From contig OX597824.1 of the NCBI GenBank assembly GCA_951406725.2, positions 37,324,001 to 37,388,000 on the forward strand: DNA of 64,000 nt. The letters run 5' to 3'. The notes under the pieces are model-generated. The model worked only from the letters and a program-made list of their open reading frames with translations. It ran no database searches and was not told the origin of the DNA. Below are positions 27,057 through 39,851 of this stretch, one piece after another. Numbering within the stretch: the first letter of the stretch is position 1; each line of letters begins with the position of its first letter. A program made the translations under genes and the position numbers. This DNA is from Octopus vulgaris (Eukaryota).

Positions 27057-27956
27057 CGAGGGGGTACCTAAAAGAAACTAGAATTTTGCAATATTATTTT
27101 ATTCTCTTAGTTTTGCATGTTTACACTTTTAACGTCTTCAAAGTATTCTCCATTTGAAGCATTGCATCAGTCCAAACTAATTTTCCACTTTTCAAAGCAG
27201 TCTTGGGACTCTTGCAAAGTGATGCCTTTTAACTCCTTCATTGTTTGTTTTTTTCACTGCTTCCACATCTCCAAATTCCGTAGCACATGCTTTCATCACC
27301 AGTGATGACCATTGAAAATGGTTTGGATCAACTTCCAACTGTTCTTTCCATTCATGACAAACATTTATTCGCGACTGCTTTTGATCTTCCATGAGCAAGT
27401 GAGGCATAAATTTTACGACTCTTTTCATTCGTGATTCCTCACTCAAAATTCATTGGCAGCGGCTTCAGGACACACCAGTCATATTAAACAAGTTTGTCAA
27501 TTGTTCAGTGATGGTCCTCTCAGATCAGTTCATGAATTTTCATGAGGTTTTCAACTGTTTTGCAGGTCAGCAATTGCCCTGAATGAGGTTGGTCCTCAAG
27601 TCGCAAGTGACCATCCCTAAAGCATGGAAACCACTCGTAAACTTGTGTTTTGCTCATGACAGTGGCCTTGTAAGTTGGTTGAAGCATGAAAACTGTTTTG
27701 GCTGCCATTTTCCTCAGCAGAAAACAGAATTTCATGGAAGCACACTGTTCCTTTGTTTCAGCTATTGCAAAAATTGACAAATAGGGGAGAAGCACAGCAA
27801 AACAAAGATGCACCATGTAGCAGTATAACCTCAGTGGACAATGCTGGTCAGTAGACTGATGTCTGAGGGTCGCATCAGATGGCATCTAGCGGTGGAAGCC
27901 TGAACTACAACAGGCTTGTCCCACAGAGAATGTTTCCAGTTACTTTTGAGTACCCC

Positions 27957-27960
<4 letters not shown>
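27057..27960 (-). mobile_element. defective mariner transposon
   Basis: TIRs cgagggggtacctaaaagaaactagaa / ttccagttacttttgagtaccccctca inside (TA)n. Minus strand encodes the mariner N-terminal HTH (EQCASMKFCF...SKTQVYEWF..FRDG..LEDQPHSG). Confidence 0.9.
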
Positions 27961-28022
<62 letters not shown>

Positions 28023-28636
28023 TAAATAGACATACACACACACCATATATCCACTGCAGCTCTCCTCTCTCTTTCGATACTGTTTCTCTTTTGCTACCCA
28101 CAACCATCTCACTCATTAACCATTTCGCCATCCATATAATATTGTTCTTCACACCCTCGTTACTGTGGTCATCCCTACTCCCCAGACCACCAAATTGCCT
28201 CGCCTCGAGTACTACTACATCTATCTATATCTCTGCACTCTGCTCCTACATCCTACCCAAACACATCATCTCTCTTCTTTCCTCTTGTCTATAGTCCCAA
28301 CAGACCACCGGTGCCCAAACTGCAACAGAGCCTTCTGAGCATGCATCGGCCATAGCTGGACACTTATACCCTGTCTTCTAGATAATGTCCTTGGTCATCA
28401 TCAACAATGACAGATGAAGACAAGAGATATATGATTTGATTATATATATATATACATATCCACGTTTATATATTTGTTTTGCAAGATTCTTGATGTGAAA
28501 TCGTGTGTTCAAGCAGATATTGTTGTATTTAGGAATGATCATGTTGCCAGTTTAGCCAATAAAAACACACACTATATATTTGGTGTTAATTTGCTTCAGC
28601 TTTATTTATTTGTTACATTAATCTTAATCTTATTTC

Positions 28637-28681
28637 GGCCAGAGTTCTTTCGTCACACTTCTGTGACCTCATCAGTGGTCC
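28637..28681 (-). ncRNA. minimal type-I hammerhead ribozyme motif (Penelope-like element associated)
   Basis: Minus strand reads GGACCA CTGATGA G GTCACA-GAAG-TGTGAC GAAA G-AA-C TC TGGCC: conserved core, 6-bp stem II, vestigial stem III, stem I CCA/TGG. Confidence 0.6.
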
Positions 28682-29118
28682 TTTGCTTTCTTCTTTCTTA
28701 TTTGTGTGTCTCTCCTTACTAAAGATCAGTGATTTTGTCAAAATGGTTGATCATTAGTAAGGAGAGTCTAATAAGAAAGAAGAAAGCAAAGGACTACACA
28801 CACATTATATATATATATATATATTGCTTAGGCATAGTGAAGCAAACAACCTAGTGTGGAGATCAATATATGTATGGTCCAGAACACAATGTTATATGAG
28901 TATAGAGTGGTAATAGAAAGCAAAGAGATGACATCAGAAAAACTAAGGGCTTTGTTTCTGCTATAAGATGTGGTGGACTCTTTAGTACCGGGATAACATC
29001 CTGTAGCTTCTAACTTGGGATAGAACTTTCCACAACCTTCAACATAAACTTTCTCATTTATAATGCCTGTATGTTTGAAAAATGTAACTTTCCCAAATAA
29101 AGTGCACTTCATATTCAA

Positions 29119-29197
29119 GGCTCTGATGAAGCTACAGGATGTTATTCTGGTATTAAACTAAAGAGTCCACCACACATGGCTGAAACAGCAGTAAGCT
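29119..29197 (+). ncRNA. minimal type-I hammerhead ribozyme motif with long stem-II insert
   Basis: GGCT CTGATGA AGCT...GGCT GAAA C-AGCA-GTA AGCT; stem I GGCT/AGCT; predicted cleavage after GUA at 29193. Confidence 0.5.
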
Positions 29198-29245
29198 AAT
29201 GAAGTTCATTACATACCATTTGGTTTTTTTTATGTCATCTCTTTG

Positions 29246-29295
<50 letters not shown>

Positions 29296-32200
29296 TTTTT
29301 TACTTGTTTCAGTCATTTGACTGTGGCTATGCTGGAGCACCGCCTTTAGTCGAGCAAATCGACCTCAGGACTTATTCTTTGTAAGTCTAGTAATATTCTA
29401 TCGGTTCTCTTTTGCCGAACTGCTAAGTTACGGGGACATAAACACACCAGCATCGGTTGTCAAGCGATGTTGGGGGGACAAACACAGACACACGAACATA
29501 TACACACACACACATATATATACGACAGGCTTCTTTTAGTTTCCGTCTACCAAATCCACTCACAAGGCTTTGGTCGGCTCGTACCAATTTCACCTGATAT
29601 TCTATCACCTACGTATTCTGTTGATACTTGATGACCTTATTTACTTTGTATTGCCATTCATTCCTAAACAAACTGTTTCTACTCTTTACAACCTAAAAGT
29701 CCTTCAAGTAATAAACAGTTATTTTCTAAATTTCTGTTGAAGTGAGAAAATATAATGGTTCAAATATAGAAATAATTAGGAATATAATATTTCATTGGTT
29801 TTAATGTGAATATAACGGAACAGATTAAATAGAAATAATATTAGCAATATAAGAGGCAATATGCTGAATAGAAAACAAAGCTGTAAAGAAGATATTTATA
29901 TTGTAAGAGAATTAAGAGTTTAAACAATAAAATGTGTTATTTGAAAATCCAAACAAATGACAGTAGGGTAATATCTGTTATGTAAGTATTCAAAAACAAT
30001 ATTGATTTCTTCCATTAGCTCAAAGTTCTTGATTTATTGGGGAAAGGAAATGGCAAACTTACTGCCATCTCTCTGATGTAAGGAAGTAGTTAATGGCTCT
30101 GCAATGAAGCCTTCCCCATTTTATACATTTGATTAAAACATATTTTCCACAAGAATATTACTGATTTAACTGAGTGAAATGACTACAGCAGCAATATAAA
30201 CTTTTTTTTTTTTCCTTCAGAATAAGGGCAGTCACATGATAGGCAAAAATATTAATCATTGGTTAATGTTTATCTTTTACTTGTTTCAATCATTAGGCTG
30301 TGGCACCATCTTTCAGAATTCTTTAGTCAAACAAATTGACCCCAGTACCTATTCTGTTGATCTCTTGTTGAACCGCTAAATTACAGGGATGTAAAGACGC
30401 CAACAGTAGTTGGGGTCTAATACAGTAACAAACACAACCACACATATAGATAGATAGATTAGACAGACATAGATATATACAACTGGCTCCTCTCGGTCTA
30501 CCAAGCCCACTCACAAGGTTGTGGTTAGCCCAAAGCCATTTGCCCAAACTGAACCTAGAACCATGTGGTTGGGAAGCAAACTTATTCCTGTGCCTTGTTT
30601 ATGAAAATCCTGGAGAAAATAATTCTATAAACTATATGTTTGTGATGAGGTTGATTCTCTGAGAATCTTTAGGATTAATAAAATATATGATAATTATATT
30701 TTAGTGTTTATTTATTCTGAATTTATGAAGACAATGATTTGAACTGAGGCGGTTCCAAGGTTTCAAAAATGATGTTCCTAAGTCATCTGCCTCTATTATG
30801 AGTTATAAAACTAGTCAGTACCAAATGCATTCTCCTTCTGTCAGTTACTAATCCTTCTGTTACTATATTTCAGTTGATACACATCACTTTCATTTCAATT
30901 AATTTTGAAAATGATGTAGGATTTAGTAACATAACTTTGTGATTATATTATCTGGTGTTTGGAATAAAACATTAACATGAAATTTTGATGGAGGATTTCC
31001 ATTTAGATAACTTTAAACATGAAGTTTGTATCCTAAGGGTAGTGTCAGGCAGTTTGGAATGAAAATAGTTAAAAGTTACTTTGTTCTTTTCTCTGTTAAT
31101 CTACTTTGCTAAGAATAGTTATCAGAAATATGAAGTAGAACTCGTGGAAAAGTTGCCAGTAATGGACTAATGTCATATTCAGGGAAGATTTGTTTCTCAT
31201 TTGTTTAACATTATAGAAGCTAAAAATGAATTATTTTTGAAAGACTGCAAGTCTGAAGTACTTAGTTATGTGTTGTTATATACAAAAAGTACTATGTAGA
31301 TTGTTGGAAAGACCCTCTAAACAGGTATTAATACTAAAAATTGTTTAGTATCATGTCAATCCTGGCAAAGCAGACCTTATAATCAATGGTATTTCCATTT
31401 GTGATCATCCTGTCTTTTTATTCTCTTTCAGGCCTAGTATATCTGAGACGTTGCTTTACAATGTTTTTTTTTGTTTTTTTCTTCCCAAAATGAAAGGTAT
31501 GATTCATGAGAGATTTGTGTCATTTATTTGCAATAGTAGCTCAAGCAACGGTTTTAAAAACTGGAAATACTACTTCCTGGCAGGAAAAACCCACACCATT
31601 TCCATCTGATTGTTTTAGACATATTTAGAATTATTAAATGGACAATGAGAGCTTGTCAAAAGACATGGTTGATTTTTTTTTTTTTCCTTTTTATTGATCA
31701 TAATCAGTCATCAATTAGAAGTCTCTGATAGAATCTTCAAGCATGACTCACCACCAGGCTGACCACCTACTACAGAAATAAAATGTATCTTTTATATTTT
31801 AGCTGTGTCATTGAGAAAGTTTTGTAGGCCACAGGTTGTGATTGACCAGCATATAGTTGATATGTCATTCTGCTTTGAGTACTGCATATGGGACAGCAAC
31901 ACATTATGACAAAACTGTTGTAGTCACGTGAACGTAATTTAGAAATTCAGTCTCCTAGACAAATCTAAATTAAATTTTTGTTTTGTTTCAAAAGAAACAG
32001 AAAATGGTAACACACCGAATCAGAGAAAGGTTAACGAATGAGATAAAAATAGATTCTAGCTGGTGTCATATTTAGACTGGGAATTATTCATATCAAATAG
32101 TATTCAGAAGAGCTAAAAAATTTCATGAGATAACTTATTGTAGTTTATGGCCTAGATCTGTGTTGGAACTCCAGTTTAACTTTGTAACAGCCAAATATAC

Positions 32201-32734
32201 TGGTGAACTCTTGTTGATTATAATTTTGAGTAGAGACTGAAAACTTGATGAAGAAGGAGCATGAAATGCTGATGATTACACAGCAATATATCAATGAGTT
32301 GAGGGCATCAAATTTAAAGACATGTCTATATTGATATTTATATAAACATAGAGGGATAATGAAAGGGATAAGCAGTTGATGGAAATAAAACTCTTGCCTT
32401 CTTAACTGTTCAGAATGCAGATATAAAGATGTACATTATCATCATCATCATTTAACGTCCGTTGTCCATGCTGGCATGGATTGGACAGTTTGACCAGGGC
32501 TAGTAAGCTGGAAAGCTGCACCAGACTCCAGTCTGATTTAGCAGGGTTTTCTACAACTGGGTGCCCCTCCTAACACCGACCACTCTGAGAGTGTAATGGA
32601 TGCTTTTACAGGCTACTGGCACAGATGCCATTTGCATGACACCAGTATCTGCCACGACTGATTTTGCTCAGCTTGATGGATTTTCTTCTCAAGCACAACA
32701 TAATTCCAATGGTCTCAGTCATTATATCTGTGGG

Positions 32735-32998
32735 ACTCAATGCTCAAAAGGAACTCAGCCACTTTGCTTCTGTGAGGTGCAACACTCGAAAGGAACTCTA
32801 CCACTTTGCCTCCATGAGGCCCAATGCTCAAGAGAAACTTGACCACTTTGCCTCCATGAGGCCCAACGCTCAAAAGGAACTCAGCCACTTTGCCTCCATG
32901 AGGCCCAATGCTCAAAAGGAATTCGATCACTTTGCCTCCATGAGGCCCAACGCTCAAAAGGAACTCGGCCACTTTGCTTCCGTGAGGCCCAATGCTTG
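32735..32998. repeat. 42-bp minisatellite, about 6 units
   Basis: Unit ccactttgcctccatgaggcccaa(c/t)gctcaaaaggaactcag; explains the HFASMRPNAQKELS repeat ORF. Confidence 0.9.
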
Positions 32999-33039
32999 AA
33001 CAGTGCTCTTTATGTGACACCAACATTAACCATAACTAT

Positions 33040-34085
33040 GAGTTCACTTGGCTTGATGAGTTTTCTCAAGCACAGCGTATTACCAAAGGTCTCGGTCACT
33101 AGTCATTACCTCTGTGAGGTTCAAAGTTCGAAGATCATGCTTCACTGCCTCATCGAATGTCTTCCTGAGTCTACCTCTACCACAGGTTCCCTCCACAATT
33201 AGAGATCGGCACTTCTTTACACAACTGTCCTCATTCATACACATCACATGACCATACCAGCAAAGTCACCTCTCTTGCACACCACATCTGATGCCTCATA
33301 TGCCTAGCTTACACTCTGCCAAACATGCACATTGGCATTGCACATCCAACGAAGCATACTGATTTCATTTCTTTCAAGCCTACGCATGTCCTCGGTTGTC
33401 ACAGCCCGTATTTCACTGCCATGTAGCATTATCACAGCTACACTCTTGGAGCATCCACCCCCACTACTAACTTACACCTAGATAATGGAAGCTATCTACT
33501 ACCTCCAGCTTGATCCCCCGCTGGCAGGTGTCCAAAGCTTATACTGGGTGCATCTTATGGCATTACTACCTACTCCTTTTCTACAGATCGTGCAGGGCTA
33601 TCTACCTGCAGAAATTTGTGATTTGCCTGCCTTCCTACTTCCTAAGACTTTGGTTTTTGCTAGGTTAACTCCAAGGCCTTTCGATTCTAGACCTTGCTTC
33701 TAGTTCTGGTAGTGATTCCACTATAAGAGCAAGGTCATCAACATGGAGGAGCTCCCAGGGACAGCCTGTCTTAAATTCCTCTGTTATTGCATGGAGGACT
33801 ATAATGAACAAGAGGGGGCTGAGCACCAATCCTTGGTGAACCCCTACTTGTACCTTGAATTCTTTGCTGTACTCATTGCCAACCCTCACCTTACTGACAG
33901 CATCTCTGTACATAACTTGTACAGCTCTCACCAACCACTCATCTATCCCTAGTTTCCGCATTGACCACCAGATTATGGATCAGGGGACCCTGTCAAAGGC
34001 CAAGTACAGAGGCTTATCCTTGGCTATTTATTTTTCCTGCAGCTGTCCTACCAGAAATATAGCATCAATGGTGCTTCTCTGACAT
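33040..34085 (-). mobile_element. degenerate RTE-clade LINE
   Basis: MYRDAVSKVRV..GVHQGLVLSPLLF..ELLHVDDLAL (RT motifs); another 3' fragment at about 34320-34705. Confidence 0.9.
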
Positions 34086-36365
34086 ATTTTACCATATACT
34101 CTATCTTTCTGTAATATATATATATTATCATCATCATTTAGCATCCACTTTTCATGCTGGTATGGGTTAAATGGTTTTACTGAAACTGGTAAGCTGGAGG
34201 GATGCACCAGGTTCCAGTCTGATTTGGCATGGTTTCTACAGCTGGATGCACTTCCTAACGCCAACCACTCCAAGAGTGTAATGGGTGCTGGTTACATGAC
34301 ACTGGCCATGACCACCCTTTCACTTGGCTTGATGAGTTTTCTCAAGCACAGCATATTGCCAAAGGTCTTGGTCATTTATCATCACCTCCTCCCATGTCTT
34401 CCTGGGTCTGCTTCTTCCACAGGCTCCCTCCACAGTTAGAGACCAGCATTTCTTTACACAATTGTCCTCATCCATGGGCATCACATGTCCATACCAGTGC
34501 AGTTGTCTCTCTTGCATACCACATATGATTCCTCTTATGCCCAGTTTTTCTCTCAAGATGCTTACACTCTCTTGTACATGCACACTGACATTGCACATCC
34601 TGTGAAGCATACCATCTTAATACCATCTTAATTTCTTTCAAGCCTTTGCATATTTTCTGTGGTCACAGCTCACGTTTCACTGCCATGTAGCATGGCTGTT
34701 TGCACATCGATAGATAGATAGATTGCATCTTTTGTTTTATAACTGACATTCCTTCCTGATTTCAAAGACCTTGATTCACTTTTCTTCTCATTACATATGC
34801 TGTCTCATCTTCCAGCTTCCATACTTTGTATTCAGTCAAGTTCTATACTCTAGAACTCGATTTTTTTTTTATTATTTTAACCAGCATTTTCTTTCCTCTA
34901 ACAATCTGCAATAATTCACATGAACTACTAACACCCCAATGCTCCCACCCTCTCTCAATTATCCTATGATTCAGTAATGTTGATGAAAGAGTTGTGACAA
35001 AGCTGGTGGTTGGCTTTTATGAGTCAACCTTGGATAAGTTGAAGAGGAAACTGTCTTGTTTAGTATTTGTGCAGAGAGAAAATTGAACTGATATTAGTTA
35101 AAAGTTAAAATGTGGATATCCTAAATGAAGAGGTTAAAACAAGCACAAATGAACCCATTTGTTTGATGCGGTGTATTTAAGGTTTTGTTAGGCATCTGCT
35201 AAGGCTCGTCTCTTTCACGCTCTCAAAGATTTTAGCATGAAATTCAACATTTGTGATTTGTTACTCATGGCAATTTAGAATCAATTTTTAAAATTCCTTA
35301 CTTTAAAAATGTAAGATATTTGTTGAATGTTTTAACTAGCTTGTTGCAGTACAGGAATATTGCTTTCAAATTTTGGCACAAGGCCAGCAAGTTCAGGGTT
35401 GGGTTAAATCAATTGCATTGATCCCAGTGCTCAAGTAGTATCTATTTTATTGACCCCGAAAGGATGAAAGCAAAGTCATCCTCAGTGGAATTTGAATTCA
35501 GAACATAAAGATGGACGAAATACTGCTAAGCATTTTGCCTACTGTGCTAACAATTCTGTCAGCTCTCTGTCTTGCAGTACATGAATATTGCCAACAGGTT
35601 TTTTAAAGAGAGTCAGCAACAATACTATCATTGTTTTAAGAGTTTAGACATTTTTTAAGCATGATTCTGGCGGGGTATAGAGAAGAAAAGATAATTAATT
35701 GACTACATTTAGGTAGTTTAACCTTTTAGAGTTCACCTTATCCTGTCAAAATTGTTGCTTATTTATTCAAATGCTTTGAATTAATCTTACATTTTATCTT
35801 GTAGCTTTGATGAGGTAACTTTTAAGTTTTAGAATGATATTGTATGGTTGGTGTGAGGGGCCAGATTTGTCCAGTTTGAATATAAAGCAGGTAGAATATT
35901 TGGGCCTGATATGGCCTGTTTAAATACTAAAGGGCAAAATAATTATTTTATAATGATTTGGGGCTTAGAGTTGTCATTAAAATGGTCTTGTTGAAGGGTT
36001 AAACTTGTTTGGTTTTGCAGACCAGATTGAAGTTCAAACTACATCTCACACACCAGTTAGGGACAATTATTCTTTTAACAAAAAAAAAAAAACACCTATT
36101 CATAATGCAGATGAAACTAAATGGAGAGAGGGATGGATCATTATAAATCATAACTTAATGATATTAAAGAAGGGAAAGAATACGATGGATTAGCAAGAAT
36201 TACATGCAGGGTTGTATGGGGAAAACTAATCCATACTCGGAATTTTAGTTGCCCCAGTATTTATTTTATTTTAAAGTCTGGTATTTATTCTAGCAGTCTC
36301 TTTTGTCAAACTTAAGTTACTGGGATGTAAATACACCAACATTGGTTGTCAAGCAGTGGTGGAGG

Positions 36366-36400
<35 letters not shown>

Positions 36401-37119
36401 ACAGGCTTCTTTCAGTTTCCATCTTCCATATCCACTCACAAGGCTGTGGTTGGCCCAAGGCTGTAATAGAAGACACTTACCCAAGGTACTAATGCAGTGG
36501 GATTGAATTTGGAACCATGTGATTGCAAAGCAGACTTCTTACTACACAGTCACAACTCATATTTTGTAATCGTATTTTACCTTTTGATTCTGTTTATCAG
36601 CAAACAACAGCATGGAGCTTCTCCTTTTGTTCCAGAATAAATAAATATCCAGATAGTGCAACAGTTTCCTTTAAAAGTTTGTGTTATTGGTTTCTACTTA
36701 AATAAACTAAATAATTGATAAACGTACATCCGAAGAACTAATATTGGTTTGAAATTTTGGTACAAGGCCACCAGTTGTTGTATAGGGTGGAAGTTGATTA
36801 CATTGACCTAATATTCAATTGATATTCATTTTATCAACCCCGTAATGATGAAAAGTAAAGTCGACCCCCAACGGTATTTGAACCTAGGACATGAACTTAG
36901 AAGAAATGCCGCTCAATGTGCAAACGATTCTGCCAGCTCACCACCCTAATTTAAAAAAACATATTTTTAACCATTGATTGTTCATTCAGTTTAGGGATAA
37001 GCTTTAATACTTTGAGGAATTAAAGATGCCTTAATCTGTTCACTGTTGTAAGAGAATTTGTTAAAGACTGGTCAAGTTTCCTTTTTCAGTAATCTTATTA
37101 ATCTACAATTTATTACAAA

Positions 37120-37512
37120 CTAGCAGTATCGCCCGGCGTTGCTCGGGTTTGTTTCGACCCTTTAGAATTGGAACTTTTGAAAAGTAAAAGTTTTGCATTA
37201 TATAGCTTGTTATTCTCTTTAAGAGAACATTTTTCTGGTTGAAATATACTGAAAAATGGCGACACAGCAGTAAAAAAATCGTAAAAAAATAGGGATTTTC
37301 ATAGAAAAAAAGCACCTTTTTTATGTAAATAATTTTTGGTGTTACCATGGTCCGATTTGAATTTTTTCTTCTACGGAAGGAAGAGCAAACATTCTTCTAT
37401 CATACTCTCAATTTTGGTCAACTTGTGCCGCAGGGTCTCGGAGGAAATAGTGTTAGTTAAAGGCTACCAAACCTGCCATACACAGACAACTTCAGCTTTA
37501 TATAGAGAGAGA
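37120..37512 (-). mobile_element. non-autonomous Helitron, copy 2
   Basis: Same termini and body as 8298-8690. Confidence 0.75.
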
Positions 37513-37619
37513 TATAGTTGAATTTTCAAAATCCATTTTCCTGGATTTCATGACAACAAATTAACAAGACTAATTATCAAGATCGAGCATTATTTAACCC
37601 TGGTGATATTAATTTACTC

Positions 37620-37870
37620 CAGTGGTTCCCAAACTTTTTCAGGCTCTTGCCCCCTTGACACCACAAGCATTTACTACTTTCTGCTGTAAATTCAAAACAA
37701 CTGTATTTCACAAATAAAACTTAATTAAGCCATTGTTTGGGGGGTTGCGGCGGGGTTACATCCATTGTCACCCTTTTGGCTACCCCATTATCACTCCACT
37801 TTCCTTCAACAACCCCACCCTTCTACCAGCCCTAGGTTGAGGGCAGTACCACCCACCTTGGGAACCACTG
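37620..37870. mobile_element. hAT (Charlie-like) MITE
   Basis: TIRs cagtggttcccaa / ttgggaaccactg; degenerate 8-bp TSD atttactc / atctagtc. Confidence 0.75.
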
Positions 37871-39236
37871 ATCTAGTCATCGAAACTTATTTTTCTTTTC
37901 TGTATATTTATACTGACCAAACTACTAACCCATAAGCTTCTTTATATAGCAACCAATCAACATGACCAGTTTTTGTTATTCACCAGTGACTTATGTATCA
38001 TGGATAATGTTTATCATCATTATACTAATTATTAACAGTCACTGGCAGCTGTAGTTGTTGATGTTGGGACATCATTGGTCAGCTCTGACTGCAGTTGTCT
38101 GGGAAAAAATACGTTAGGTTTTTATCGTGTGTGTGCATGTGTGTACTGTATTTACTCACGTTTAAGTTGCCCTAGTTTATTCTTGATTTTTAACTGGGAG
38201 GGAAAAAAACTGCCTTGTGACTTATAAACTGCATATTTGTATACACACACACACTTTTTTAGAAGAGATAATATCATTAATTATGTAATGTGTGTGTGTA
38301 TATTAAATATATATATATATATATGTAATGTGTGTGTGTATATTAAATATATATATATATGAGAGGGAGAGAGGGTTAAGTGTATTGATTGAATCTTGTC
38401 TCATTTGTATTTACATTATTGATATAGAAATATCAAAGCTGAACTGAATTTTTCAGATGATAGCCCTTTGTGTTGTACTACCTTAGTTTCGACACGTAAA
38501 AAAACTACGGTGAACATAGATTTATTTATTTATTTCTATAAATAGTAAATATGTGTTAGTAATTCAATGTATTTATTGTGCATTATCTTTGTAAGATTTT
38601 TGTTTTCTCCTTCCTTTACAAGCCAACATTGTAGTATATGCACTGATGTGGGCATTTAATGTAGTCCTAACAAGTTAAGCTTATAATTGGGTTTTAGTTC
38701 CTCATAGGAGCCATTCACTTCAGTTATATACTTGTGAATATCTTTCAAAAAGCATGAATATCATAGCTGCTTGTTTTCTTCCCTAACTGTAGGGAATTGT
38801 GCCTATTCAAAGCAGTTAATGTTTCCATATGTGTGCATGTTGCTTTTTTTTTTTCTTTTAAACTGTTAGTAAGTTTATGCAGCTTCTTCAGTTGTGTGGT
38901 GCAATAAAATAACAGTAAGGCTGTTCATCCTCAATGCCTCTTCATAGTTGGCTGCTCCTAACAACACTTACTCATTCAATGTTCTCTTTCTAGTTGCTTA
39001 CTGAAGTTTGTGTTGTGTGTGTGTGTGTGTGTGTGCAAGCAACAACAACCACAACAACGGTAGTTCTGAATGCTGCTCATCTTCCTCCCAATTTACCATT
39101 CCTTCCTTCCACCAGCTTCCTCCCCTACACCACCACCACCAAACTGATGCTGTTTTACTTCTCCTTTAAAGGCCAACAGATTCTTTCACATTTTTCTATT
39201 TTAGATCATGGCTTTCCTCAGTTTTTTTTTTGCGCA

Positions 39237-39851
39237 TTTTTTTTTATGGCATTTATTTCCTTTCCTTGTCATTTTTAAAAGACTTATATGTCTCAAAATT
39301 TTGCTTTCTTTTAGCATAAATTCTAGTATGTACAGGTGGAGGAGGAGGTGTAATGGGATGTTATGGCACTGATGCCTTTCTAGAAGAGATAATATCATTA
39401 ATTATGGACTTACTGAAAGTGTTACTTTTTCTTAAAACTACATTGACTCAATAAATTCTAAGTAAAATAATTAATTATATACAATACATTTATAATTTTC
39501 TCCTGCTGGTGGGGAAATCTATAATTTTTTTTTATGGCATTTATTTCCTTTCCTTGTCATTTTTAAAAAACTTATGTCTCAAAATTTCCTTTCCTTGTCA
39601 TTTTAAAAAAACTTATATGTCTCAAAATTTTGCTTTCTTTTAGCATAAATTCTAGTATGTACAGGTAGAAGAGGAGGTGTAATGGGCTGTTATGGCACTG
39701 ATGCCTTTCTAGAAGAGATAATACCATTAATTATGGACTTACTGAAAGTGTTACTTTTTCTTAAAACTACATTGACTCAATAAATTCTAAGTAAAATAAT
39801 TAATTATATACAATACATTTATAATTTTCTCCTGCTGGTGGGGAAATCTAT
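39237..39851. repeat. near-identical tandem duplication, unit about 290 bp
   Basis: tttttatggcatttatttcc...cctgctggtggggaaatctat occurs twice; the second unit carries an extra internal ~38-bp duplication. Confidence 0.9.

Noticed and set aside
32001-32012. Candidate ATG-only first exon (aaaATG|gtaaca)
   Set aside because: Weak donor and no promoter evidence; similar ATG-GT strings occur by chance elsewhere.
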